From the IMG/VR virus record IMGVR_UViG_3300025368_000003, positions 1 through 42,665 of that record: DNA of 42,665 nucleotides; one strand, 5' to 3'. A program made the translations under genes and the position numbers. A model generated the notes under the pieces. The model saw only the letters and a program-made list of their open reading frames with translations, searched no databases and was not told the DNA's origin. This DNA is from a virus. Its lineage: Duplodnaviria; Caudoviricetes. This document shows, one piece after another, positions 34,809-42,049 of the stretch (positions within the stretch are counted from its first letter, which is position 1; each line of letters starts with the position of its first letter).

Positions 34809-36055
34809 GTCTTCCTAATGCTCCAGAAGCAGAGAAGGCTTTCCTAGCCTCCTGCATGGTTGATAGCCGGATCTTGAATGAGGCTTCTGACCTTATCAAA
34901 CCCAAGATGTTCTTCAATCCCTCCCATAATCGAATCTTTGATGCCATCATGGATTTATGGAAGGAGGGCAAGGACATTGACCTTATCACTCTCACTGACC
35001 ACATGGATGGAACCGGCACATTGGAACTCTCCGGTGGCGCTGCCTACGTCAGCGAAATCTTCCTTTCTCTTCCCACTTCATCCAACTGGAGGGAATACCT
35101 ATCCATCATCAAAGAAAAGTATTCTGCTCGTCTCTACATCCAAGTTGCTGAACGAATCATAGCATCTGCCAAAGATCCTGTTCACAACCCGGATCTATCC
35201 GAGGAAGTTCAGAAAGCCCTTGTCATGGTAGCGGCTGAAGCTGAAACGGCTTCCTCCATTCAGTCCATCAAGGAGATTGCCATCAATCGAGTTGAGGAAT
35301 ACGAGGAGATGGTAAGGAACAGGGGGAAGCTGATTGGCATCACCACAGGATTTGCCCCCCTAGATGCAGTTACTGGAGGATTCCGCAAAGGACAACTCAT
35401 AGTCATTGGCGCTCCTACCAAGGGAGGAAAGACTGCTCTGGCATTAAACATGGGAATGAGGGCGGCACAAGACGGTCATTCAGTGGGCATCATTTCCCTT
35501 GAAATGAGTTCTGGAGAGCTTGTGGACAGACTTATAGCTTCCATCACTAGTGCCGACATATCCAGACTATCCAAGGAAAAGGAAGTCTGCCAGAAACTCA
35601 TGGCTCAAATCCGCCAGGGAGTGGAAAACATTGCCGGCCTTCCCATCTACGTCAGGGATGAATCATCGTTAAATTGCTTGCAACTCCGGGCGGCTGCAAG
35701 GAGGCTAGTGGCAGTTCATGGAATTCGCCTAATGATTGTAGACTACATCCAGCTCTTAGAACCAACCAACCGAACAGACTCCAGGGAGAGGCAAGTGGCG
35801 GAATGTTCTCGAACTCTCAAGAGTCTTACCAAGGAGCTTGGTATAACAATCATCGCCCTCACTCAGCTTAACGCTGATGGAGCATCCAGAGAGAGTAGAG
35901 CTATTGAGCATGACGCAGATTTGTTCTTGACAATTTCACAAGACGAGCAGCAACCACAGAATTGGTTTCTCAACATAAAACTAGCTAGGGCTTGCCCCCG
36001 GACTAGTGTGCCACTATCCTTCAGATCGGAGTATCTTCGATTTGAAGATCGGTAA
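34805..36055 (+). CDS. dnaB: Replicative DnaB-like helicase
   Basis: LPN..EAE N-domain, TTGF..LD, GAPTKGGKT, SLEMS, IVDYIQL, QLN, RES.AIEHDAD. Confidence 0.95.
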   Translation: MSLPNAPEAEKAFLASCMVDSRILNEASDLIKPKMFFNPSHNRIFDAIMDLWKEGKDIDLITLTDHMDGTGTLELSGGAAYVSEIFLSLPTSSNWREYLSIIKEKYSARLYIQVAERIIASAKDPVHNPDLSEEVQKALVMVAAEAETASSIQSIKEIAINRVEEYEEMVRNRGKLIGITTGFAPLDAVTGGFRKGQLIVIGAPTKGGKTALALNMGMRAAQDGHSVGIISLEMSSGELVDRLIASITSADISRLSKEKEVCQKLMAQIRQGVENIAGLPIYVRDESSLNCLQLRAAARRLVAVHGIRLMIVDYIQLLEPTNRTDSRERQVAECSRTLKSLTKELGITIIALTQLNADGASRESRAIEHDADLFLTISQDEQQPQNWFLNIKLARACPRTSVPLSFRSEYLRFEDR

Positions 36056-36072
36056 ACAAACAACCCAAACAT

Positions 36073-36294
36073 ATGCCAGACTACGACAACGAAAAGCAAT
36101 TTGTTCTTTTCCCAAAGACGAATGCAACCAACCCCAAAGCCCCATCCCATAAAGGAACCATCACGATTAATGGCAAAGAGTGGGAGATGAGCGCCTGGAC
36201 TAAAACCTCCAAGAATGGCAATGCTTTTCTTTCGGGTTCCATCCAAGAGCCTTTCAAGCCTAGCCGCAAGAACGACGAAGAGATTCCTTTCTAA
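36073..36294 (+). CDS. Small ssDNA-binding protein (putative)
   Basis: KAP..KG.I.ING....SAW...KNG..FLSG core with SSB-type acidic tail DEEIPF. Confidence 0.7.
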   Translation: MPDYDNEKQFVLFPKTNATNPKAPSHKGTITINGKEWEMSAWTKTSKNGNAFLSGSIQEPFKPSRKNDEEIPF

Positions 36295-36295
36295 T

Positions 36296-36367
36296 TGTCC
36301 CTAGCCATGATTCGCAGGGAGATCCTGCGCTGGCCTTTCATGTTGGCTTTTGAAACAGCGAAGGACA
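36296..36367 (+). ncRNA. Candidate structured RNA element, copy 2 (intergenic)
   Basis: TGTCC/GGACA closing stem, identical 17-nt hairpin, GGCC/GGCT stem, TGAAACA. Confidence 0.55.
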
Positions 36368-36374
36368 TTCATTG

Positions 36375-36413
36375 AAAGCCCTCTCTAGGCACTCAAACTA
36401 GGGAGGGTTTTTT
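36375..36413 (+). terminator. Rho-independent terminator
   Basis: GCCCTCTCTAG/CTAGGGAGGGT stem followed by a T tract. Confidence 0.85.
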
Positions 36414-36549
36414 GTTGACAAGCCGCTAGAGGTAGATTCTATCAGCTTACGCAGACCATGAAAATAATTTATTTTTTTTCTTGATCCATGCAAAGATTCT
36501 GAAAGACTTCATCTATCGGCACAACGCTGATACCAACCAAAAACAAAAA

Positions 36550-36822
36550 ATGAAAAAACAAAAAACAGAAAATCTAATAGACGTGACCCACGTTTGCAAC
36601 AAACTCAAACGTGAAATGACAGAAGAGTTCGGGGAAGTGATTCAAGCATTCATTTCTAAATACACGGACAGGGAAAATCCAAATATGCCAGATCATATTC
36701 AAACTCTTATTTCTTATGACGTTTTAACAACACATGACATTGATGATACATTTGACCATGATCTTCTTTCAATAGCATGGGGGGCAGTCAGTGACGCAAT
36801 CAATTCAGAAGAAACTTTTTAA
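36550..36822 (+). CDS. Hypothetical protein
   Basis: ATG after an A/C-rich leader. Confidence 0.6.
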   Translation: MKKQKTENLIDVTHVCNKLKREMTEEFGEVIQAFISKYTDRENPNMPDHIQTLISYDVLTTHDIDDTFDHDLLSIAWGAVSDAINSEETF

Positions 36823-36855
36823 TCGCAATGAAAGCAACCAACCAAATATACAACA

Positions 36856-37083
36856 ATGACAACACTAGTAATAATTACCGGGTCTATTGGAATCATGATA
36901 GCTCTTGCTATGGGGTTCTGGCAGTACGGAAAGATGGTCAGGGAACACCACTTAGATCTACTTGTGCGCTGGATGCGAGACGACAAATCAAGCTTCGATC
37001 TGTTTATGTACCAACAAGCAGTACGACTCACTAAAAAGGAAATCGCACAACAAGATCAGAACGAAAATGGAACAGGACTATAA
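36856..37083 (+). CDS. Hypothetical protein with N-terminal TM helix
   Basis: Hydrophobic first 24 aa. Confidence 0.6.
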   Translation: MTTLVIITGSIGIMIALAMGFWQYGKMVREHHLDLLVRWMRDDKSSFDLFMYQQAVRLTKKEIAQQDQNENGTGL

Positions 37084-37231
37084 ACACATGAAGGCCGATA
37101 ACGAGAACCTCATCAATCAAGTGGCAGAGCTGCGGGAAGCTCTCAAAGACATCATCAAATTTAATTGCCTTGGAAAGACCAAGAAGATTAACGACCTGGC
37201 TGAAATCGTTCTTGGATACCGCAAGAAATGA
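37067..37231 (+). CDS. Small coiled-coil protein
   Basis: MEQDYKHMKADNENLINQVAELREAL. Confidence 0.55.
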   Translation: MEQDYKHMKADNENLINQVAELREALKDIIKFNCLGKTKKINDLAEIVLGYRKK

Positions 37232-37461
37232 AATCCTCCACAGACATCTTGCTAGAGATTGAGCCTTTGATTAACTTGTTAATCAAGACAAGCATCCGGC
37301 ACAACGACGATCAAGTTCACTTTAGTCTCACCAGAGCAAAGGAAATCCATTCGGATCTCGTGGCTCTGAAGAAGTCTAAAACTACCACGCCCCAAAAATC
37401 TTATTCATCCACAGACAAGCATCTTGACAAGATGTTTAACATCAACAACCAAACCAAATAA
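37228..37461 (+). CDS. Hypothetical protein
   Basis: ATGA-coupled ORF. Confidence 0.6.
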   Translation: MKSSTDILLEIEPLINLLIKTSIRHNDDQVHFSLTRAKEIHSDLVALKKSKTTTPQKSYSSTDKHLDKMFNINNQTK

Positions 37462-37462
37462 A

Positions 37463-37792
37463 ATGAGCGATCTAATCATCCCAGACGAAATCAAAGAAAA
37501 GCTAGTCCCAATCACCTTCCCCCTCCGGGCGCTAGGTGACACAGTAGTAGATTCAAACGACAAAGAAGTGGCAGCAATCAGCGACAAGATTGACATTAAG
37601 CAGTCAATCAACATTGCCAAGCTGTTTGCGGCCTCCCATACCATGTTTGAGCTGGTTCGAGACTACTACGCCCTCACGATTGTCCTGGCTGCTTCCAACG
37701 ACCTCCCTCATGGGACTCAGGCAGAGACAGAAGAGGAGAAGAAGGAGTGCCTTCTTTGCCGCTCAGAAGCCCTCCTAGCTCGTTTGTCCTAA
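37463..37792 (+). CDS. Hypothetical protein
   Basis: P.R...D.VVDSN..EVA......A.L.AAS..M.E pattern common in phage early proteins. Confidence 0.65.
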   Translation: MSDLIIPDEIKEKLVPITFPLRALGDTVVDSNDKEVAAISDKIDIKQSINIAKLFAASHTMFELVRDYYALTIVLAASNDLPHGTQAETEEEKKECLLCRSEALLARLS

Positions 37793-37986
37793 TGGAACCT
37801 GCCTACAAGCACAACGGCTCCGTGATGTTCATGCGGCCTACTGAGGACTCAGGAGCGCATCATTGGATCAGTAGTCAAATGAACCGGGCGATTGACAAGT
37901 TCTGGGAAAAGCGAGGGATTGACCCCAAGGCTGACAACTGGAGCTTCAACCGCAATCACCAAAGGGATTTGATTAAGAAGCCATGA
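37792..37986 (+). CDS. Hypothetical protein
   Basis: TAATG-coupled ORF. Confidence 0.55.
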   Translation: MEPAYKHNGSVMFMRPTEDSGAHHWISSQMNRAIDKFWEKRGIDPKADNWSFNRNHQRDLIKKP

Positions 37987-38168
37987 GTAGCGATATTGAA
38001 TGGCTAGATGCCAATAAAAAAGTTCATCATTACGAGCCTGATCATAAAAAAGAGTTAGAAGATATAAGAAAACAACTAGCAGAAGCAATAGATACACTAA
38101 TAAAACAAAGGCTTTATATTGCTTCCATTAGAGAGCAACTTGACATCCTCAAATCTGAAGTCAAATGA
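37983..38168 (+). CDS. Small coiled-coil protein
   Basis: ATGA-coupled ORF with heptad pattern. Confidence 0.55.
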   Translation: MSSDIEWLDANKKVHHYEPDHKKELEDIRKQLAEAIDTLIKQRLYIASIREQLDILKSEVK

Positions 38169-38326
38169 GCAAGATTCCCTATTACGATGCCGGTAAGGGC
38201 GACACCCCCCGATCCTGCAACTCAAAAGCCTATTTAGAAAACTACCAACGAATCTTTAGGAAGAAAAAAACGCCCTCTAAGTTGGAGAATAAGTCTCATG
38301 AAACGCCCCCGAATAAATGCAAATAG
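38165..38326 (+). CDS. Small conserved-looking phage protein, 53 aa
   Basis: AGKGDTPRS....Y..NY.RIF pattern; ATGA overlap; below the ORF-track cutoff. Confidence 0.65.
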   Translation: MSKIPYYDAGKGDTPRSCNSKAYLENYQRIFRKKKTPSKLENKSHETPPNKCK

Positions 38327-38601
38327 AAGCAGGGGAAAAGCCAACGCCCGATCAGGCTTGGGAGACAACTAAATATCGATTGTCAGAAAAAAGGCCCGAC
38401 AAAGTGGGCTGGCTTCGCCTCGGAATTCTTAAAAAGTTCCATGAAGGGCTTTTTATCGTTGAGTTTCCAGCTTCAGCAATGGACGATGCTAGGAAATTGT
38501 CTCATGAAATGCTCGTGCAACTTAACCAAACTATAAATCGGGAGCTGACTAGGCAAATAGAAGAAGAGGCGGAAATCCTTACTCAGTTCCTAGCAGAATA
38601 A
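38317..38601 (+). CDS. Hypothetical protein
   Basis: 94 aa ORF; AW......L........WL followed by a beta hairpin loosely resembles a DnaA N-terminal-like domain. Confidence 0.5.
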   Translation: MQIEAGEKPTPDQAWETTKYRLSEKRPDKVGWLRLGILKKFHEGLFIVEFPASAMDDARKLSHEMLVQLNQTINRELTRQIEEEAEILTQFLAE

Positions 38602-38640
38602 AAAAACGCCCTATTCGTTCGCCTCCCGATTGATCTTCAA

Positions 38641-38802
38641 ATGATTGCCATAATCCACTCCTCCGTTTTGTTCTTCCTCATTGGCTTCCTTGTATTCTGT
38701 TTTCTAATCTATAAGAAGACCCGAAAGGTGGTGAGGCGAGCAATTAAGCAAAGCCGTAGAGAGAAAAAAGCCCGATTGAGTGGGAGGCCGTTCAGTAAAT
38801 AG
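38641..38802 (+). CDS. Single-TM protein with basic tail, 53 aa
   Basis: MIAIIHSSVLFFLIGFLVFCFLIYKKTRKVVRR... Confidence 0.5.
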   Translation: MIAIIHSSVLFFLIGFLVFCFLIYKKTRKVVRRAIKQSRREKKARLSGRPFSK

Positions 38803-38808
38803 GCAAAG

Positions 38809-38836
38809 AAGAAGGGGGGATTCCTCCCCCCTTCTT
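38809..38836. terminator. Bidirectional terminator between convergent gene blocks
   Basis: Perfect 12-bp stem AAGAAGGGGGGA-ttcc-TCCCCCCTTCTT. Confidence 0.85.
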
Positions 38837-38849
38837 GTCTCGTGAATGT

Positions 38850-39074
38850 TTAAGCTGTGGCGGTCTCTCCTTTCCACACCTTGCCAAGCAAAACTAGCTT
38901 TCGGTGGATCTTTCCGCCATGCTTCACCGTCCTCCCTTCTAATTCTCTGGGCCTAATAATGCAACAATCTAAGAGGTTGCATTCCTTATCGTACCAAGCG
39001 GAACAACGACCCTTGAAATCGCCAGTGATGCGATGAATAACAAACCCTCCACCTTCAAATGATGTTTTTTTCAT
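38850..39074 (-). CDS. Hypothetical protein, 74 aa
   Basis: Last gene of the leftward cluster, ending at the terminator. Confidence 0.65.
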   Translation of the reverse strand: MKKTSFEGGGFVIHRITGDFKGRCSAWYDKECNLLDCCIIRPRELEGRTVKHGGKIHRKLVLLGKVWKGETATA

Positions 39075-39075
39075 G

Positions 39076-39201
39076 TTATTTAGTGTTTTTCTTTTGTATT
39101 TTGTGGATAAGTTTCATTGTTCGATCAAATCTCTCATCTGAGAGACCGATTCCTTCTTTAATTGACGTGCGTAGTCTGTCGTAGATTTTGGGATAGTTCA
39201 T
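39076..39201 (-). CDS. Small protein, 41 aa
   Basis: MNYPKIYDRLRTSIKEGIG...; coupled within the leftward cluster. Confidence 0.45.
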   Translation of the reverse strand: MNYPKIYDRLRTSIKEGIGLSDERFDRTMKLIHKIQKKNTK

Positions 39202-39299
39202 GATTCAGGATGGCTTTTTTCAAATGATTCCTTGCCAAGCTGAACGAGCAACTTGGCTTCTTCAAGATACTCTCTTGATAGTTGGTCTCGTGTTATCAT
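39198..39299 (-). CDS. Small protein, 33 aa
   Basis: MITRDQLSREYLEEAKLL...; ATGA overlap. Confidence 0.45.
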   Translation of the reverse strand: MITRDQLSREYLEEAKLLVQLGKESFEKSHPES

Positions 39300-39300
39300 A

Positions 39301-39387
39301 TCAGTTCCAGATTAGGCAAAGAATGATGCCAGCGACGAATGCGCCGCCGATGAGGATGGTGAATAGGTGAATAAGGAAGTTTTTCAT
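39301..39387 (-). CDS. Single-TM micropeptide, 28 aa
   Basis: MKNFLIHLFTILIGGAFVAGIILCLIWN; TAATG coupling. Confidence 0.45.
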   Translation of the reverse strand: MKNFLIHLFTILIGGAFVAGIILCLIWN

Positions 39388-39746
39388 TAGTTTATGCGAT
39401 AAGCGAACAAGTCATTGCCAAGTTCCATTTCGTTGCCATCGTACATTGACAAAGAGTGCCCACGTCCGTCAAAACGTGCGTCCCTTTTCCATTTCTCAGT
39501 ATCAAAATACTGTTTGATGTACTCATCTTTAATCTCTGGCATGATGCAATCATCAATGTAGGACTCCAAGGATTCATTCCATGCTTCATCACACTCTGAA
39601 TCGGTTCCCACTGCATACTCTCCACCATCAGCTTCAAATATAGTCAGATCATAATGATTGCCTCCGTACAGAGTCACCTCATCTGCTTCTATTCCAAGGA
39701 ACTTGGCCAGTGCTAATGCTCTTTCGTCTGTTTGTATTGTTGTCAT
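39387..39746 (-). CDS. Acidic protein, weakly ArdA-like (possible DNA mimic)
   Basis: Asp/Glu-rich; IKQYFDTEKWKRD resembles the ArdA C-terminal Y(F/I)DYE..RD segment. Confidence 0.5.
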   Translation of the reverse strand: MTTIQTDERALALAKFLGIEADEVTLYGGNHYDLTIFEADGGEYAVGTDSECDEAWNESLESYIDDCIMPEIKDEYIKQYFDTEKWKRDARFDGRGHSLSMYDGNEMELGNDLFAYRIN

Positions 39747-39928
39747 GTTGTTTTTTTATTTCACGCAACCTTGATTGATTGCATGAATGAAAAATGATCC
39801 AGATTTGTCGCATTCTCAAGAAAAGATTTGTTACAATTTTGTAACAATAAAAAGATTGTCTCTTTGTAAAAACCTGCTAATTCACTTGTCACTTGCTTTG
39901 TCACACACTGTCACGCTATCTTTTCAAC

Positions 39929-40450
39929 GTGCCATCTCCACTAGCAATCGACAAAGAACAAGTAAGAGCCACATACCTCGCAACAGGTTGTCTTACAGAG
40001 ACGGCGAACCTTCACGGAATCAAGCCAGCGACAGTCCGCCAGTGGGCGAAGCGTGAAGACTGGCCCACTTCAACTAACGCACTAAAAGCGATTGAAAAAG
40101 GGAAAGCGATCATGGAAGTCAAAAGAGAAAACGGCCACCGTGACGCTGTCACATCTTGTCACACTTCTGAGGTTTTAGAAGATCATATTGCAAACAATAA
40201 GAAGGCGTTTGTGACAAACATGGCAAGCGGTCTCTCTAAAGCCAGTCGTGCAATCTCCGAGATGGACGATTTGTCCACTCTCGAAAACTCTCGTCGCATC
40301 GTCGACCTGGCAACTGCCGGTAAGGTAGTGTTTGGATTGGGATCTGATGAACAAGGAGCAAAGCTTCAGCTCAATGTGCTTCAATTATCAGCGGAGGCAT
40401 TCATGCCAAGTTCCGGGAGTGTGATCATAGCGGACACTCAATCAAAGTGA
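39929..40450 (+). CDS. Terminase small subunit candidate (N-terminal HTH)
   Basis: VRATYL..G.L.ETA..HGIKPATVRQWAKREDW HTH, helical middle, LQLNVL C-terminal strand; GTG start chosen. Confidence 0.65.
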   Translation: MPSPLAIDKEQVRATYLATGCLTETANLHGIKPATVRQWAKREDWPTSTNALKAIEKGKAIMEVKRENGHRDAVTSCHTSEVLEDHIANNKKAFVTNMASGLSKASRAISEMDDLSTLENSRRIVDLATAGKVVFGLGSDEQGAKLQLNVLQLSAEAFMPSSGSVIIADTQSK

Positions 40451-40749
40451 CTAGGAGGGGCTTATAGGAAGCCGGCATTTCCATAACGTCAGATAATCCT
40501 ACTCATAGATAGCACTGACATAGATGTTTACAGAGTAAACAATGGCGCTGCATTTCCGGTAGCGTAATAAATCAATTCACTGGAAGTTATTTAATGTTCT
40601 ATGCACCATCAAGTTGACTAACAAATAAAAAAAGGATTGTTAAATGTGGCGAGACCCTGGGCGGGCACCGGGTACTTAACTTGAAGGTTTGCCGTCGATT
40701 TTGCGAGAAAGGTGCTTCCCAATTTTTCCTATTTTACCCAGACTCACAT

Positions 40750-40995
40750 TTACTTGCCTTGTTCTCGTTTTTGTTTTGCAGTGAGAGGGACGTTATTTGT
40801 TACTGCTCTTCCGTAGATGGTCTTGCTCGCCACCTCGCAAGGGAGTTGTTGAACAAATATTTTTAGGCGAAGGGCGTAGTCTGGATTTAGTATTTTGACT
40901 AGGTGGGAGAATTCTTCGCCGTAGGTGGCTAGTTTTGTAGCTTCTCTGTAGGTGTGGAGTTGGAGTTCGTCGTAGGAGGGATTTTGATTCATCAT
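40750..40995 (-). CDS. Hypothetical protein, 81 aa
   Basis: ATG ORF with plausible amphipathic helices. Confidence 0.6.
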   Translation of the reverse strand: MMNQNPSYDELQLHTYREATKLATYGEEFSHLVKILNPDYALRLKIFVQQLPCEVASKTIYGRAVTNNVPLTAKQKREQGK

Positions 40996-41072
40996 TGTAG
41001 TAGGGAATGTATTACCAACTGACGAAAAAGAAAAGAAGAGAATGATTAAAGAGAAGAAAAGATAAAGGCATA

Positions 41073-41339
41073 AGAAGCCCTAGTGTAGTAGAGCTTCTGA
41101 ATCCCCTCGGCTAAAGAACGACCTATGTAGCCTTACCTGACTTGGTGGGTTGGGATTAGAAGGAGAGCGGCGATAGGCGGTACTAGGGAACGCTCTCTCA
41201 TTATTAAAGCTGGACGGCGAGTACCCAGCTTCTTTCCTTCATGAGCGGCCCGACAATCTCGATCTCCGGTCACTACACCAGAAGGGAAGTCTTGCTTCCG
41301 ATCTATTGGTAATATGGGGTTGACTTGTTGGAATGTCAA
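41073..41339 (-). ncRNA. Candidate structured non-coding RNA with leftward promoter
   Basis: At least five stems; minus-strand TTGACA-N17-CATATT at 41339-41311. Confidence 0.35.
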
Positions 41340-41356
41340 GGGCTAGTGATTTGTGG

Positions 41357-42049
41357 ATGGCAACTGATATTTTGATACGCACCTATAGTGGTGATTTTGA
41401 GTGGTTGGATTATTGTTTGAGGAGTGGGGAAAAGAGGCTGAAGGGATTTAGGGATGTGGTGTTGGTTGCTAGTGATAAAGATGCTCCTATTTTGAGGGAG
41501 AGGTATGATTATAGGGTGTGTGAGAGTGGGGAGGATTGGGAGGATGGTTATATTCAGCAGATGAATGACAAGCTTCATGCTGATTCATATTCTGACGCTG
41601 ATTATATTTGCCATACTGATTCTGATTGCGTGTGGATTAGGGATTTAAGCCCGGAGGATTTGATGGAGAATGGAAAGCCTGTTTGGTTGATGCACCCCTT
41701 TACTGGGGATGATAATCCTTGGCCTCCGATTGTGGAGAAGATTTTGGGGTTTAAGAGCAGGGTTTCTTTTATGAGGAGGCATCCATTCACTGTTCCGAGG
41801 AAGGTTTATAAGCAATATAGGGATTGGTTGGAGGCTAGGCATAGTATCAGCGTGAGGGATTACATTAAAAAGCAGCCGTATAGGAGTTTTATTGAGTATG
41901 AGAGTTTTGGGGCATGGGCTTATGAATACGCGCATGAAGAGTTTACTTGGAAAGATCAGGGGGATTTTCCTGTGTTTATCCGGCAGGGATGGAGCTGGGG
42001 AGGGCTAAGTGATCAAATTAAAGGAGAGTTGGAGGAGATTTGCAAATGA
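41357..42049 (+). CDS. DUF6492-like GT-A glycosyltransferase
   Basis: DILIRTY..D...L..CLRS, GYIQQMNDKL, YICHTDSD (DxD), FIEYESFG. Confidence 0.75.
   Translation: MATDILIRTYSGDFEWLDYCLRSGEKRLKGFRDVVLVASDKDAPILRERYDYRVCESGEDWEDGYIQQMNDKLHADSYSDADYICHTDSDCVWIRDLSPEDLMENGKPVWLMHPFTGDDNPWPPIVEKILGFKSRVSFMRRHPFTVPRKVYKQYRDWLEARHSISVRDYIKKQPYRSFIEYESFGAWAYEYAHEEFTWKDQGDFPVFIRQGWSWGGLSDQIKGELEEICK

Noticed and set aside
36296-36367. Two-copy element as a type III hammerhead
   Set aside because: Topology and GAAAC are reminiscent, but neither copy has the CUGANGA core.
40595-40608. Verrucomicrobial LexA box (TGTTC-N4-GAACA)
   Set aside because: Right arm reads CACCA; too degenerate to call.
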